Source of the DNA: Pseudomonadota bacterium
GTDB lineage: Bacteria; Pseudomonadota; Gammaproteobacteria; Burkholderiales; Thiobacillaceae
Direction: 5' to 3'
Assembly: GCA_021783275.1 (NCBI GenBank)
Contig: JAJXUA010000001.1
Location: 1,365-65,364, forward strand
DNA length: 64,000 nt
Part shown: one piece after another, positions 36,622-49,652 of the stretch
How the letters are laid out: every line of letters begins with the position of its first letter
Numbering within the stretch: the stretch's first letter is position 1
Notes under the pieces: generated by a model
What the model was told of the DNA's origin: nothing
Database searches by the model: none
Seen by the model: the letters and a program-made list of their open reading frames with translations, nothing else
Made by a program: the position numbers and the translations under genes

Positions 36622-38259
36622 ATGCCTACATTAAGTTGGATCGGCAAGGAAGCCGTCGTCAAACACCACAAGGAGGTACCGTTCAGGCTACTTGAACCGG
36701 TGGCGGAACGATCATGTGGAGATCCTGAAAGCGGCAATCTCATTGTCCAGGGTGACAATCTTCACGCCCTGAAAGCGCTACTGCCCCGCTACGCTGGGCA
36801 GGTGAAGTGCATCTACATAGACCCCCCTTACAACACCGGCAATGAGGGTTGGGTATACAACGATAACGTCAACAGCCCGGAAATCCGCAAATGGCTAGGC
36901 GAAGTGGTGGGCAAGGAAGGAGAAACCCTAGACCGCCACGACCGCTGGCTATGCATGATGTATCCGAGACTGGTGCTATTGAAGCAGTTTCTGCGGGAGG
37001 ATGGATCGATTTGGATTTCAATGGACGAGTCCGAAATCGGCCATCTGCGCTGCTTGATGGACGAGATATTCGGTAGACAACGATTCATTGCCTGCAATGC
37101 TTGGCAGAAACGCTACTCGCGCGAAAATCGGGGCGCGATTGGCGACGTCCACGAGTACGTGATGGTCTACGCCATAAACCCGGATCTGTTTCAAGCAACG
37201 CGCAATCGCGTGCAAATCGACGAGAGGCAGGCAGCGGTATACAAAAATCCAAACAACGACCCCAAAGGCCGTTGGCGCGGCATTCCTATGACAGCACAGG
37301 GTTACCGACCGAATCAGATGTACGAGATCGAAACCCCATCCGGACGAAGACTACGTCCACCCGAAGGGCGATGCTGGTCAACCATCGAAAGGGAGTTTCT
37401 TAGGCTCAAGGCCGAAGGACGCATCTATTTCGGCAGGAATGGAAATTCACAACCGAATATCATCCGCTATCTATCTGAGGTTGAGGGTTTCGTACCTTGG
37501 ACCTGGTGGCCCCACGAAGAAGTTGGCCACACCGACGAATCTCGAAAAGAAGTTCAAGAAATATTTGGCACACAAACGGCCTTCGACACCCCCAAGCCTA
37601 CCCGCCTGATCCAGCGCATCCTGCAAATTGCCACCGACAAGGATGCCCTCATCCTCGACAGCTTCGCCGGCAGCGGCACAACCGGCCACGCGGTATTGAA
37701 ACAGAATCTCGAAGACGGTGGCCATCGCCGCTTCATCCTCGTCGAGATGGACGACGCCATCGCCCGCAACGTGACCGCCGAGCGTGTGAAACGCGTGGCG
37801 CACGGCTACACCAACAACAGGGGCCGAGCCATCGCCGGTCTCGGTGACGGCTTCCAGTTCTGTACGCTGTCAGGGGAGCCGCTGTTCACTGCCGACGGCC
37901 CGATCCGCGCAGACGTGACGTACGAGCAACTCGCCGAATTCGTCTGGTTCATGGAAACGGGGAGCGGCCTAGCGCATTCGAATTTGGGCAAGAGCAATAA
38001 GCACTCACCGTATTTGGGCATGCACAAGGGGCGTGCGGTGTTTCTACTCTACAACGGCATCCTCAAGGACAAGACCGACGCTGGCGGCAACGTGTTGAAC
38101 GGCCGGACGCTGGAAGTTTTAGCCGAGGCGCTGCCAGGCTTCGAGGGCCCGCGCATCGTGTACGGTGCCCGTAGCCGCTTCGATAAGACGCGGCTAGCCG
38201 CGCTCGGCGTTACCTTCCACCAGCTCCCCTACGACTTGGCGGTGAAAACATGGTTCTGA
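36622..38259 (+). CDS. mod: Type III R-M methyltransferase (Mod; beta-class amino-MTase)
   Basis: LIVQGDNL, IYIDPPYNTG, PKP..LI.RI, LDSFAGSGTTGHAV; overlaps res. Confidence 0.9.
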   Translation: MPTLSWIGKEAVVKHHKEVPFRLLEPVAERSCGDPESGNLIVQGDNLHALKALLPRYAGQVKCIYIDPPYNTGNEGWVYNDNVNSPEIRKWLGEVVGKEGETLDRHDRWLCMMYPRLVLLKQFLREDGSIWISMDESEIGHLRCLMDEIFGRQRFIACNAWQKRYSRENRGAIGDVHEYVMVYAINPDLFQATRNRVQIDERQAAVYKNPNNDPKGRWRGIPMTAQGYRPNQMYEIETPSGRRLRPPEGRCWSTIEREFLRLKAEGRIYFGRNGNSQPNIIRYLSEVEGFVPWTWWPHEEVGHTDESRKEVQEIFGTQTAFDTPKPTRLIQRILQIATDKDALILDSFAGSGTTGHAVLKQNLEDGGHRRFILVEMDDAIARNVTAERVKRVAHGYTNNRGRAIAGLGDGFQFCTLSGEPLFTADGPIRADVTYEQLAEFVWFMETGSGLAHSNLGKSNKHSPYLGMHKGRAVFLLYNGILKDKTDAGGNVLNGRTLEVLAEALPGFEGPRIVYGARSRFDKTRLAALGVTFHQLPYDLAVKTWF

Positions 38260-40874
38260 GCAGCAACGGGCTAAAGGACTACCAGGACAAGCTGCTGAAG
38301 GCCCTTGCTGCCTATCTTGCGCGTACACGGGAACTGAGAGATCCGGCTGCCGCTTTTACCGAGTCCACGCGCGAAGCCTTCGGCCAAGCGCTGCCCTACC
38401 ATCCGCTGCCAGGAGCGGCGCACGTCCCCTACGTGTGCCTGCGCGTGCCTACCGGCGGCGGCAAAACGCGCATCGCCGGCCAAAGCATCAAGGGAGTGAA
38501 CGAGGCATTCCTTGCCACACCCCATTCACTAGTGTTGTGGCTGGTGCCGTCCGACCCCATTCGAGAGCAGACCCTGCACGCACTGAAGACACCGGGGGAG
38601 CTGCTGCACCAGGACATGCGCGACCTGTTCGGCGCGGTACATGTGCTCGACATCAACGAGGCGCTGTACGTGCAGCCGGCCATGCTGAACACGGGCAACA
38701 CGATCATTGTGGCTACCATGCAGAGCTTCAAGCGCGATACGCCGGACGGCTTGCGCGTATATCGGCAGAACGGCGCGCTAATGCCGCATTTCGAGGGCGC
38801 ATCACCTGAGCAGCGCGGCGAGCACTCGTTGGTGGATATGATTCGCCTGCGCCGACCCTTCGTGATCGTAGACGAAGCGCACAACCAGGGCACACCACTG
38901 GCAGTGGATACACTGGTTCGCTTCAATCCCGCCTGCATTCTGGAACTGACTGCCACGCCGGACCGCGCAACCCAGCCTTCCAACGTGCTGCGCAGCGTAT
39001 CGGCCGCCACCCTGCAGGCGGAAGACATGCTCAAGCTGCCGCTGGAACTAGCGATTCACCCCGAATGGCGGCTGTCGCTGACCGAGGCCATCGCACGACT
39101 GCGGCAGTTGGAAAAGGAAGCCACGGAAGAACTGGCGGAGACCGGCGAGGAAATCAAGCCTGTGGTCATGCTGATTCAGGCCGAACGTAGGGCCGAGGGC
39201 CGGGAGACGTTCACGCCGGAGCGCGTGAAGAGGCATCTGATCCACGACTTTCAGATCCCGGCGGAATCGATTGCCATCGCTACCGGCGCGATTGATGAGC
39301 TTTCGGGTAAGCGGCTAGGCGACCCGGACTATCCGCAATTCATCATCACTGTGGACAAGTTGCGCGAAGGCTGGGACTGTCCTTACGCCTATGTGCTATT
39401 TTCTTTCCGCAATACTACTTCGGCCACGGCTGTGGAACAGGTGCTCGGGCGAGTGCTGCGCATGCCGCACGTTACACGCAAGCGGCGCGAGGCCTTGAAT
39501 CGCAGCTACGCCTATGTGGTTTCCGATCAGTTGGCCGCGACGGTTCAGGGTCTACGCGATGGCCTCGTCCAAAGCGGCTTTGAGCGCCTGGATACGAAAG
39601 ATCTCATCCGCACTCAGGACGAGGGTGGGACAGATGATTTGTTCGCACAGGAACACAATCTCGTTGTCCCGTTGCCAGCGCTCGACGAGCAGGTGGCGTT
39701 GCCGGACGAAGAAGCCATTACGGCACTGCCGAGAGCCCTGCGCGAGCGCGTGGAAATCTCCCCCGAAGCTGGCACGCTGACAGTGAAAGGCGGAGCGAGC
39801 GCTGCGCAGATCAAGCAGATCGCGGAGGCCTTCAAACAGCCGGAAGCCTCTAAGGCCGTGCGCGAAAGCCTGGATACGCAAATGGCCCTCCAGAGCGCGC
39901 CGCCCGCGCGTGAAAAGACGCCGGCAGAACGCGGCGAAAGGGTGAGCGTGCCATTGCTGGGCTATACCCAGCACGGTTTCTTCGATGTCTTCGACGAGAC
40001 GCCATTACTCGACGCAGACTGGGAAATTAATGATTTCGACACGAAGCTCACCGCAGGGGACTTCGCACATGATGTGGAAGCCATGCGGCGCGCCTCGCTC
40101 ACTATTTCGCAGCTCGAAAAGATCGAGTGCGACGTTTACGACCGCCTAGACAGCCAGCTTGCCCTATTTGGTCGCGAGCAGGGTTGGGAAGTCAACGACC
40201 TGATTGTGTGGCTGGACCGCAACCTGGACTTCCCCTATTCGGAACGTGACCGGAAAGTTGCCTGGATCAATGCAGCCATTACGCACTTGATGGACGAGCG
40301 CGGTTTTTCGCTGGATGAGCTGGCCTATCGCAAATTCCGCTTGCGCGGGGCGTTGGAGAGAAAGCTCGTCTCCGGACTGGTTTTGGCCAAGCAGCGGGTG
40401 TTCGACGGTCTTTTCGAGGACGAATCACGCTTTGCGGTCCGAGACGAGCATGCGGTGGTGTTCGAGCAGGGCCGCTACGCTTACGATTTCCCCTACACGG
40501 GCCTGATTCCGCTGAAACGACATTTCTTCCCGGTAATCGGCAACCTGAAAAGCCACGGCGAGGAGTTCGAGTGCGCCGAGTTCATCGCCAACGACCTCGA
40601 AGGCGTTGCCTGGTGGGTACGCAACGTCGAGAGGAAACCTGCTTCTTTCTGGCTGCAGACGGCCTCGGACAAGTTCTATCCGGACTTTATCGTGCAGATG
40701 GAGAGCGGAGTGACACTTGCCGTGGAATACAAGGGCGGCCATATCGCCGATGGACGCGACAGCCAGGAGAAGAAGCGCATTGGCGAGTTGTGGGCCCGAC
40801 GTAGCGATAGGGTTCGCCGGTTTGCTTGGGTCGAAGACCGAAATTGGCAATCGATCAGAGACGCATTGATATAG
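38250..40874 (+). CDS. res: Type III R-M restriction subunit (SF2 helicase plus PD-(D/E)XK nuclease)
   Basis: VPTGGGKT, IVDEAH, ELTATP, LREGWD, QVLGRVLR; C-terminal FYPDF...VEYKG. Confidence 0.88.
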   Translation: MVLSSNGLKDYQDKLLKALAAYLARTRELRDPAAAFTESTREAFGQALPYHPLPGAAHVPYVCLRVPTGGGKTRIAGQSIKGVNEAFLATPHSLVLWLVPSDPIREQTLHALKTPGELLHQDMRDLFGAVHVLDINEALYVQPAMLNTGNTIIVATMQSFKRDTPDGLRVYRQNGALMPHFEGASPEQRGEHSLVDMIRLRRPFVIVDEAHNQGTPLAVDTLVRFNPACILELTATPDRATQPSNVLRSVSAATLQAEDMLKLPLELAIHPEWRLSLTEAIARLRQLEKEATEELAETGEEIKPVVMLIQAERRAEGRETFTPERVKRHLIHDFQIPAESIAIATGAIDELSGKRLGDPDYPQFIITVDKLREGWDCPYAYVLFSFRNTTSATAVEQVLGRVLRMPHVTRKRREALNRSYAYVVSDQLAATVQGLRDGLVQSGFERLDTKDLIRTQDEGGTDDLFAQEHNLVVPLPALDEQVALPDEEAITALPRALRERVEISPEAGTLTVKGGASAAQIKQIAEAFKQPEASKAVRESLDTQMALQSAPPAREKTPAERGERVSVPLLGYTQHGFFDVFDETPLLDADWEINDFDTKLTAGDFAHDVEAMRRASLTISQLEKIECDVYDRLDSQLALFGREQGWEVNDLIVWLDRNLDFPYSERDRKVAWINAAITHLMDERGFSLDELAYRKFRLRGALERKLVSGLVLAKQRVFDGLFEDESRFAVRDEHAVVFEQGRYAYDFPYTGLIPLKRHFFPVIGNLKSHGEEFECAEFIANDLEGVAWWVRNVERKPASFWLQTASDKFYPDFIVQMESGVTLAVEYKGGHIADGRDSQEKKRIGELWARRSDRVRRFAWVEDRNWQSIRDALI

Positions 40875-40902
40875 TCACCGTTGCGGAAGCGCGCTGAGCA
40901 AG

Positions 40903-40922
40903 GGGGTAACTTTGGGGGTAAC
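40903..40922. repeat. Right-end GGGGTAAC repeats, probable arm-binding sites
   Basis: GGGGTAAC at 40903 and 40915, same orientation as the left-end direct copies. Confidence 0.8.
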
Positions 40923-40975
40923 AGGGGCACGCGGCGCGGCTAGATCCGCAGTTTTATGGCACCTACTGATGATTA

Positions 40976-40998
40976 TTCGATAGCCCTCCTCCCACCAC
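40976..40998 (+). repeat. Degenerate distal att site (displaced tRNA-Ala 3' end)
   Basis: TTCGATAGCCCTCCTC-CCACCAC versus tRNA 30764-30787 TTCGATCCTCCTCCTCTCCACCAC: 3 mismatches and a 1-nt gap. Confidence 0.8.
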
Positions 40999-41006
40999 GA
41001 CCCTTG

Positions 41007-41044
41007 TGCCCAGGATGCGTGTTTTATCCTGGGCAAGCCTTTTT
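41007..41044 (+). terminator. Hairpin just outside the distal att, probably the original tRNA terminator
   Basis: TGCCCAGGAT-N9-ATCCTGGGCA then AGCCTTTTT. Confidence 0.55.
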
Positions 41045-41183
41045 GCAGCACCCGTTATGCCTGGCCGCACAGGCCGCAGGCTGACCTTGCCCCGAAACGC
41101 ATTGCCGCTGGGGCGGCGCGGGATTAAAATGTTGCACTTTTCGCCTGAATTTTGCTTGTGCACTTAAATCTGCACGGCGCTGG

Positions 41184-44100
41184 ATGACACTACGGATGGA
41201 CACGACACAACAAAGCTGGCTCGACGGAACGCTCTACTCCCCTGATTTTGAACAGGATAGCTGCGGCTTCGGGCTGATCGCCCAGATCGACAATCAGCCC
41301 AGTCACGATCTGGTGCAAAAGGCGATTTCGTCGCTGGCGTGCATGACACACCGGGGCGCGATTGCCGCCGACGGCCTGTCGGGCGACGGTTGCGGGCTGC
41401 TGTTCAAAAAACCGGACGCCTTCCTGCGTGCCGCCGCGGCAGAGGCGGGCTTCACGCTGGGAGCGTCGTACGCGGCGGGCCTGGTGTTTCTGGCCAAAGA
41501 GGACATCGCCGCTCGCGATGCCGCGCGCGCGACGCTGAAAGCCGAGCTCGAAGCGCAAGGTCTGGTCGTCGCAGGCTTCCGCGTGGTGCCGACTGACCCG
41601 AAAGTGTGCGGTGCGTCCGCGCTGGAGTCGCTGCCGCATATCGAGCAGGTGTTCGTCAATGCGCCTGCCAATATGGCCGACGATGATTTCGAGCGCCATC
41701 TGTACATCGCGCGCCGCCGTGCTGAAAAAGCGCTCGCCGCCGATCCGGTGTTCTACCTGCCGACGCTGTCGTGCCGGGTGATGAGCTACAAGGGTTTGGT
41801 GATGCCGGAAAACCTGCCGGTGTTCTACCCCGATCTCAACGACGCGCGGTTTGCTTCGGCCCTGATCGTTTTCCACCAGCGTTTTTCGACCAACACCTGG
41901 CCGCAATGGCGCCTCGCCCAGCCTTTCCGCTACCTCGCGCACAACGGCGAAATCAACACGGTGCAGGGCAACCGCAACTGGAGCCGCGCGCGCGAGCACA
42001 AGTTCGAAACCCCGCTGATCCCGAACATGGACGACGTACGTCCCATCGTCGGCACCGACGGCAGCGATTCGATGAGCCTCGACAATATGGTCGAAGGTCT
42101 GGTGATGGGCGGCGCGGGGCTGTTCCGCTCGCTGCGGCTGGTCATTCCGCCGGCGTGGCAGAACGTCGAATCGATGGATCCGGATATCCGCGCGTTCTAC
42201 GAATACAACTCGATGCACATGGAGCCGTGGGACGGCCCGGCGGGAATCGTGCTGACCGACGGGCGCTACGCCGTCTGCACGCTCGACCGCAATGGCCTGC
42301 GCCCGGCGCGCTGGGTGCTGACCAAAGACCGCGTGCTGACCATCGCGTCCGAAGTCGGCGTGTGGGAAATCGACCCGGCCAATGTCGAGCGCAAGGGCCG
42401 CGTCAAACCGGGCCAGATGGTCGCAGCGGATTTGGAAACCGGGCGTTTCCTGATGCCCGAAGACATCGACAACGAGCTGAAAAACACCCAGCCGTACCGC
42501 GCCTGGCTCAAGTCGAAAGCGGTCAAGATGACGCTATCGACGCACCCCGACGCCGATCTGGCGGTAATGGACGCGGCGAGCCTGCTGACGCACCAGAAGC
42601 TGCATAACGTCTCGTTCGAAGAGCGCGACCAGATCATCCGCGTGCTCGCCGAAGACGGCGCGGAAGCTATCGGCTCGATGGGCGACGACACGCCGATGGC
42701 AGTGCTCTCGCAAAAGGTCCGCTCGCCGTTCGACTACCTGCGTCAACAATTTGCCCAGGTCACGAACCCGCCGATCGACCCGATCCGCGAAGCCATCGTG
42801 ATGTCGCTCGACACCGCGTTCGGCCCCGAGCGCAATCTGTTTGTCGAATCGCCCGAGCACGCCGACCGCATCGAAACCCGCTCGCCGCTGCTGTCGAAAG
42901 AAGCTTTCGACAAGCTCACCACACTGACTTACCCGGATTTCAAATCGGCGACGCTGGATCTGCACTACGATCCGTCGATCTCGCTCAAGGCCGCCCTCGA
43001 TGCCCTGGTGGAAAAAGCCGTGGCCACCGTCAAATCCGGCATCGTGCTGCTGGTGCTGTCGGATCGCGCCATCAGCAAAGACAAGTTGCCGATCCACGCG
43101 CTGTTCGCGACGGGTGCCGTTCACCATGGCCTGATCGCGGCGGGCCTGCGTTGTGACGCCAATATCATTGTCGAGACCGGCAGCGTGCGCGACCCGCACC
43201 ATTACGCCTGCCTGATCGGCTACGGCGCGACGGCGGTCTACCCGCATCTTGCCTACCAGATCGTCGGCGAATTCGTGAAGACCGGCGAAATCAGGACGCC
43301 GCTGGAAAAAGCACTGTCGAACTACCGCAAGGGCATGGACAAGGGCTTGTACAAGGTCCTCTCCAAGATGGGCATTTCGCTCGTCGCGAGCTATCGCGGC
43401 GCGCAGCTGTTCGAAGCCGTCGGGATCAACGAAGAGGTGGTCGACTTGTGCCTGAAGGGCACGAAGTCGCGCATCTCGGGCGCGGATTTCTCGGACTTCG
43501 AATCCGACCAGAAGCTTCTGCACAAGACTGCGTTCAATCCGCTGAAACCCCTGACAGCAGGTGGTCTGCTGAAATTCATGTTCGGCGAGGAATTCCACGC
43601 TTACAACCCGGACGTGGTGCAGCAGCTGCAAAAAGCGGTCAAATCGGGCGACTACGCCGAGTTCAAGAAGTACTCCGAGACCGTCAACACCCGTCCGGTG
43701 GCGATGGTGCGCGACCTGCTCAAGCTCAAAACCGCGACGCCCATCCCGCTCGATGAAGTCGAGCCGCTCGAAGCTATCCTCAAGCGCTTCGACTCGGCAG
43801 GCATGAGCCTCGGCGCGCTCTCGCCCGAGGCGCACGAAGCGCTCGCCGAAGGTATGAACCGCATCGGCGGTCGCTCGAACTCAGGCGAAGGCGGCGAAGA
43901 TCCGAAGCGCTACGGCACGATCAAGACCTCCAAGATCAAGCAGATCGCGTCGGGTCGCTTCGGTGTCACCGCGACCTATCTGGTCAACGCTGAAGTCTTG
44001 CAGATCAAGATCGCGCAGGGCGCAAAACCCGGCGAGGGCGGACAGCTACCCGGCGACAAGGTCTCGGCCATGATCGCGTCCTTGCGCCACTGCAAGCCGG

Positions 44101-45686
44101 GCACGCCGCTGATTTCGCCGCCGCCGCACCACGACATCTATTCGATCGAAGACCTGGCGCAGCTGATTTATGACCTGAAGCAGGTCAACCCCGCCGCGCA
44201 GGTGTCGGTGAAGCTCGTCGCCGGCCCCGGCGTCGGCACCATCGCCGCTGGTGTGGCCAAGGCCTACGCCGACCTCATCACGATCTCGGGTTACGACGGC
44301 GGAACCGGTGCATCGCCTTTGACCAGCGTCAAATACGCAGGCACGCCTTGGGAACTCGGTTTGTCCGAAGCGCAGCAGGTCTTGCGCGCCAATGGTTTGC
44401 GCGGCCGGGTTCGCGTGCAGACCGACGGCGGCCTGAAAACGGGTCTGGACGTGGTGAAAGCCGCGATCCTCGGCGCCGAGTCTTTCGGCTTCGGCACCGG
44501 GCCGATGGTCGCGCTCGGCTGCAAATACCTGCGCATCTGCCACCTCAACAACTGCGCGACCGGCGTGGCGACGCAGAACGACACGCTGCGCCGCGATCAC
44601 TTCATCGGCCTGCCCGAGATGGTCGTCAACTACTTCAAGTTCGTCGCCGAAGAGACGCGTGAGCTGCTGGCGAGCCTCGGCATGCGCCAGCTCACCGACC
44701 TCATCGGCCGCACCGATCTGCTCGAAGTCTCCAAGGGCGACACGCCGCGTCAGGGGCGCTTGAACCTCGACCGCCTGCTCTCGCACGGCAGCACCCCCGC
44801 CGACGCGCCGCGCTTCGCGCAGCAGGATCGCAACCCCTCGTTCGACAAGGGCGAGCTGGCCGAAAAAATGGTCGCGGACGCGATGACCGCGATCCAGGCC
44901 GGTTCGAAAATCGAGCTGGCGTACGCGGTTCACAACACTAACCGCTCGATCGGCGCGCGTCTCTCGGGAGAAATCGCCAAGGCGCACGGCGGCAAAGGAC
45001 TGCCCGACGACACGATCCGCATCAACCTCAAAGGCTCGGCGGGTCAGAGCCTCGGCGTGTGGAATCATCGCGGCCTGACCCTGACGCTCGAAGGCGACGC
45101 CAACGACTACGTCGGCAAGGGCATGGGCGGCGGTCGCGTCGTCATCTACCCGCCGAAGAACGCGAGCTTCGTCTCGCACCGCAACACGCTGATCGGCAAC
45201 ACCTGCCTGTACGGCGCGACCGCCGGTGAACTGTACGCGGCGGGCATGGGCGGCGAGCGCTTCGGCGTGCGCAACTCCGGCGCGCTCGCGGTGGTGGAAG
45301 GCATCGGCGACCACGGCTGCGAATACATGACTGGCGGCACCGTGCTGGTGCTTGGCGAAACGGGTCTGAACTTCGGCGCGGGCATGTCGGGCGGGATGGC
45401 GTTCATCGTCGACGACAAGGGCGATTTCATTTCCCGGCTCAACAAGGAAATGGTCGAAATCGTGCGGATAGAAAACGGCGAGGGTGAACCCTTCCGCGAC
45501 TTCTTCCGTGCTCAGATCGAGTGCCACCTTGCGCTCACCGGCTCGGCGCGCGCGCACGATCTGCTCGCCGATTTCGACGCGACTGTGGCGAAGGTCTGGC
45601 TGGTCAAGCCCAAGCGCATCACGCTGGAAAACCTGATCGACGACATCCCCGGCGCGGTGCGCGCGGCGGCGGCAGCGACGGCGTAA
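41184..45686 (+). CDS. gltB: Glutamate synthase large subunit
   Basis: [48 protein letters not shown]; start 41184 or 41196. Confidence 0.98.
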   Translation: MTLRMDTTQQSWLDGTLYSPDFEQDSCGFGLIAQIDNQPSHDLVQKAISSLACMTHRGAIAADGLSGDGCGLLFKKPDAFLRAAAAEAGFTLGASYAAGLVFLAKEDIAARDAARATLKAELEAQGLVVAGFRVVPTDPKVCGASALESLPHIEQVFVNAPANMADDDFERHLYIARRRAEKALAADPVFYLPTLSCRVMSYKGLVMPENLPVFYPDLNDARFASALIVFHQRFSTNTWPQWRLAQPFRYLAHNGEINTVQGNRNWSRAREHKFETPLIPNMDDVRPIVGTDGSDSMSLDNMVEGLVMGGAGLFRSLRLVIPPAWQNVESMDPDIRAFYEYNSMHMEPWDGPAGIVLTDGRYAVCTLDRNGLRPARWVLTKDRVLTIASEVGVWEIDPANVERKGRVKPGQMVAADLETGRFLMPEDIDNELKNTQPYRAWLKSKAVKMTLSTHPDADLAVMDAASLLTHQKLHNVSFEERDQIIRVLAEDGAEAIGSMGDDTPMAVLSQKVRSPFDYLRQQFAQVTNPPIDPIREAIVMSLDTAFGPERNLFVESPEHADRIETRSPLLSKEAFDKLTTLTYPDFKSATLDLHYDPSISLKAALDALVEKAVATVKSGIVLLVLSDRAISKDKLPIHALFATGAVHHGLIAAGLRCDANIIVETGSVRDPHHYACLIGYGATAVYPHLAYQIVGEFVKTGEIRTPLEKALSNYRKGMDKGLYKVLSKMGISLVASYRGAQLFEAVGINEEVVDLCLKGTKSRISGADFSDFESDQKLLHKTAFNPLKPLTAGGLLKFMFGEEFHAYNPDVVQQLQKAVKSGDYAEFKKYSETVNTRPVAMVRDLLKLKTATPIPLDEVEPLEAILKRFDSAGMSLGALSPEAHEALAEGMNRIGGRSNSGEGGEDPKRYGTIKTSKIKQIASGRFGVTATYLVNAEVLQIKIAQGAKPGEGGQLPGDKVSAMIASLRHCKPGTPLISPPPHHDIYSIEDLAQLIYDLKQVNPAAQVSVKLVAGPGVGTIAAGVAKAYADLITISGYDGGTGASPLTSVKYAGTPWELGLSEAQQVLRANGLRGRVRVQTDGGLKTGLDVVKAAILGAESFGFGTGPMVALGCKYLRICHLNNCATGVATQNDTLRRDHFIGLPEMVVNYFKFVAEETRELLASLGMRQLTDLIGRTDLLEVSKGDTPRQGRLNLDRLLSHGSTPADAPRFAQQDRNPSFDKGELAEKMVADAMTAIQAGSKIELAYAVHNTNRSIGARLSGEIAKAHGGKGLPDDTIRINLKGSAGQSLGVWNHRGLTLTLEGDANDYVGKGMGGGRVVIYPPKNASFVSHRNTLIGNTCLYGATAGELYAAGMGGERFGVRNSGALAVVEGIGDHGCEYMTGGTVLVLGETGLNFGAGMSGGMAFIVDDKGDFISRLNKEMVEIVRIENGEGEPFRDFFRAQIECHLALTGSARAHDLLADFDATVAKVWLVKPKRITLENLIDDIPGAVRAAAAATA

Positions 45687-45717
45687 ACTCGAATCGCCCC
45701 ATCACGAGGAGCCTGAC

Positions 45718-45939
45718 ATGGACATCGACTTGCTGGAAGAAGCGAAAAAACGCCCCTTCGCCGAGAAGCTGCAACTGGTCGAAGACTTGTGGGACGCGAT
45801 TGCGGAGGAGGCGGCGCAGCAAAAGCTCAGCGCCGCGCAACGCACGTTGCTCGAAGCACGGCTGGCGGAATCCGACGCCAATCCGGACGATGGCAAACCT
45901 TGGGAGGAGGTTCGGGCAGAAATCGAACAGTCTCTGTGA
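45718..45939 (+). CDS. Addiction-module antitoxin
   Basis: 73 aa; EKLQLVEDLWDAI...LSAAQ...LEARL.......PWEEV; overlaps the toxin (GTGA). Confidence 0.82.
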   Translation: MDIDLLEEAKKRPFAEKLQLVEDLWDAIAEEAAQQKLSAAQRTLLEARLAESDANPDDGKPWEEVRAEIEQSL

Positions 45940-46223
45940 GGCTCGTCATCAGCACCAAGGCGCAGCGTGAAATCCGCGACGCAACGGCTTGGTACGAAGA
46001 GCAGACACGGGGGCTTTCGAATGAGTTCATGCGTGCGGTCGAGTTGAATCTCGGCTACGTCCTGCGCAACCCGGGCCTGTTCGCCGAGGTATTGCCGAAC
46101 ATCCGGCGTATTGGTTTGAGGCGTTTTCCCTACAGCCTCTTTTACAGGGTACGCGACGAAAAAATCACCGTGCTGGCCTGCCTGCACCAACACCGCGACC
46201 CGGAAACGTGGCCGCAACAATAG
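45936..46223 (+). CDS. RelE/ParE family toxin
   Basis: AQREIRDATAWYE...GL..EF, NP.LF, RR..LRRFPY.LFY, VLA.LH..RDP..W. Confidence 0.88.
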   Translation: MRLVISTKAQREIRDATAWYEEQTRGLSNEFMRAVELNLGYVLRNPGLFAEVLPNIRRIGLRRFPYSLFYRVRDEKITVLACLHQHRDPETWPQQ

Positions 46224-46236
46224 ACTCGAGAGATAG

Positions 46237-47673
<1,437 letters not shown>

Positions 47674-47730
47674 CGTCCCATCACATCACGCCGGGGTATG
47701 CTGCAAAACGTGCAGCCCGACTGATTTTCA

Positions 47731-49179
47731 ATGAAAACAGGACGTTACTACCCCCGCTCGTTCACCGTACTCGTCATTGTGGCGATGAGCGTACTCACCG
47801 TACCCCTGGCCAGCGGGTTGATCAACGCGATTTATGTGTTGCAGGGCGTGGTGGCAACCCAGCGGCAGTTCACCACCACCAGCCTGGTGGTTACACGTGA
47901 CACCCGTGAAATCGTCGAAGCCGTCAGTCAGCTTCAGCGCGTAGCGGGGCAATATCATCTGCTGCGTGATGCCGAATTTGAGCCGGTGCTGCGCACGCAT
48001 TACGCCGACCTGCGCGCTCAGCTTGAGCAGCTTTCTGCATTGCTGACCGACACGCCGGCGCGTGCCCTGCTAAGCCGACTGCAAGAACAAAGTCGGGCGT
48101 TGTACGAAAAAATGCGTCCCGGCAGCTTTCTGGAAAGTACCCGGTTTATCTCGCTCGATGGTGAGTTTGATGCCTTGCATACCACGGCGCGCACCCTGCT
48201 GGAGCAAAGCGACAGGGCGGTGCAACGGGAGATGCGCTCGCTCGAAACCGAGGTGCGCACCACCCAGGGCCAGTTGCTGTGGCTCGCGCTGGCAATTATT
48301 CCGTTGACCCTGCTGCTGGCCGCAGGGTTTTCCTGGATGATCAATCGCCCCATACGTGAACTGAAAGCCTCGATCCAGCAACTGGGGCGCGCCGACCACA
48401 GCCCGCTGCCGACTATCGGCGGGCCACAGGACATGGTAGAACTGGGGCGCGAGATGGAATGGCTGCGTCAGCGCCTGCAGGCGCTCGAAGAACAGAAATC
48501 CCGTTTCCTGCGGCATGTATCGCACGAACTGAAAACCCCGCTGGCATCGCTGCGCGAAGGCGTGGGTCTGTTGGGCGATGCGCTCGCCGGCCCGCTCAAT
48601 CCGCGCCAGCAGGTGATCGTCGAAATCATGGACGGCAGCAGTCGCGAATTGCAAAAACGTATCGAAGACCTGATCCACTACGGCGGATTGACCGGCAATG
48701 CCTCGCCGGTCAATCCGGTCGCCATTGCCCTGGTGCCCCTGCTTGATGCGGTCATTGATCGTCAGCGCCTGTCGCTGGAAGCGCGTGGCATCATCATCGA
48801 ACGACACCTGCAGGCGGCTGCGGTGGTCGTGGACACGGCACGGCTGGAAACCGCACTCGACAACCTGCTATCCAATGCGATCAAATTCTGTCCGGACGGT
48901 GGATCCATCCTGATCGCTGCGAGCACGCAAAATGACCGCTTGATGATAGAAGTCTGCAACCATGGTGAGCGTATTCCCGCCGCTGAACGCGAACGGATTT
49001 TCGAGCCGTTTTTTCAGGGCCTTCACCAGCCCGCCAGCGCCGTCAAGGGCAGCGGGCTGGGGCTGGCCATCGCGCGCGAGTCCCTGCGTGGCATGAACGG
49101 CGACGTCATGCTGATCGAGCGTGAACCTTGGCCCACCTGTTTCCGTCTGAGCTGTCCCTGCTCGCTCCACCCATCATGA
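47731..49179 (+). CDS. glrK: Sensor histidine kinase, GlrK/QseE type
   Basis: Two TMs and HAMP; FLRHVSHELKTPLASLREG; NLLSNAIK; F.QG......KGSGLGL. Confidence 0.8.
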   Translation: MKTGRYYPRSFTVLVIVAMSVLTVPLASGLINAIYVLQGVVATQRQFTTTSLVVTRDTREIVEAVSQLQRVAGQYHLLRDAEFEPVLRTHYADLRAQLEQLSALLTDTPARALLSRLQEQSRALYEKMRPGSFLESTRFISLDGEFDALHTTARTLLEQSDRAVQREMRSLETEVRTTQGQLLWLALAIIPLTLLLAAGFSWMINRPIRELKASIQQLGRADHSPLPTIGGPQDMVELGREMEWLRQRLQALEEQKSRFLRHVSHELKTPLASLREGVGLLGDALAGPLNPRQQVIVEIMDGSSRELQKRIEDLIHYGGLTGNASPVNPVAIALVPLLDAVIDRQRLSLEARGIIIERHLQAAAVVVDTARLETALDNLLSNAIKFCPDGGSILIAASTQNDRLMIEVCNHGERIPAAERERIFEPFFQGLHQPASAVKGSGLGLAIARESLRGMNGDVMLIEREPWPTCFRLSCPCSLHPS

Positions 49180-49652
49180 TGTCGCGCTACGCCCTGCTGT
49201 TTCCTGTCCTGGTGCTTAGTGCCTGCACTGCTTTTCCGCCGCCGCGCACCCCGGCGCCGGTGAGCGCGGAGACCGCCCCGCCCTCAGGGACATACGCCCT
49301 GCTTGACGCCCTGGTTCGCGTCCCCGTCAGCCTGTCCGATGAACAGCGCCGTGCCGATATCGCGCGACTGGAAAATGAACGCGCGGTCACGTCGCGTTTC
49401 AGGCTGGCGCTGCTGCTGGGCCGGGACGACGATCCTGTCGCCGTGGAACGCGGCATCAAATTGCTGTCCGGACTGGAAGGCGACAGCAAATCGGCGCAGG
49501 CGCTGATCGATCTCGCCCGCGCCCAGCTCAAGTCGCGGCTCGACGCACTGCGTCATCAAGCGCGGGCAGAAGAACTCCAGCTGCGTATCGAGCAGATCAA
49601 GGCACTGGAAAAATCCCTGCAACAACGCGACAGCAGCCCTGCGACACGATGA
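49176..49652 (+). CDS. QseG/YfhG-like lipoprotein
   Basis: Lipobox VLSAC; C-terminal coiled coil LQLRIEQIKALEKSL; lies between kinase and regulator. Confidence 0.72.
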   Translation: MMSRYALLFPVLVLSACTAFPPPRTPAPVSAETAPPSGTYALLDALVRVPVSLSDEQRRADIARLENERAVTSRFRLALLLGRDDDPVAVERGIKLLSGLEGDSKSAQALIDLARAQLKSRLDALRHQARAEELQLRIEQIKALEKSLQQRDSSPATR

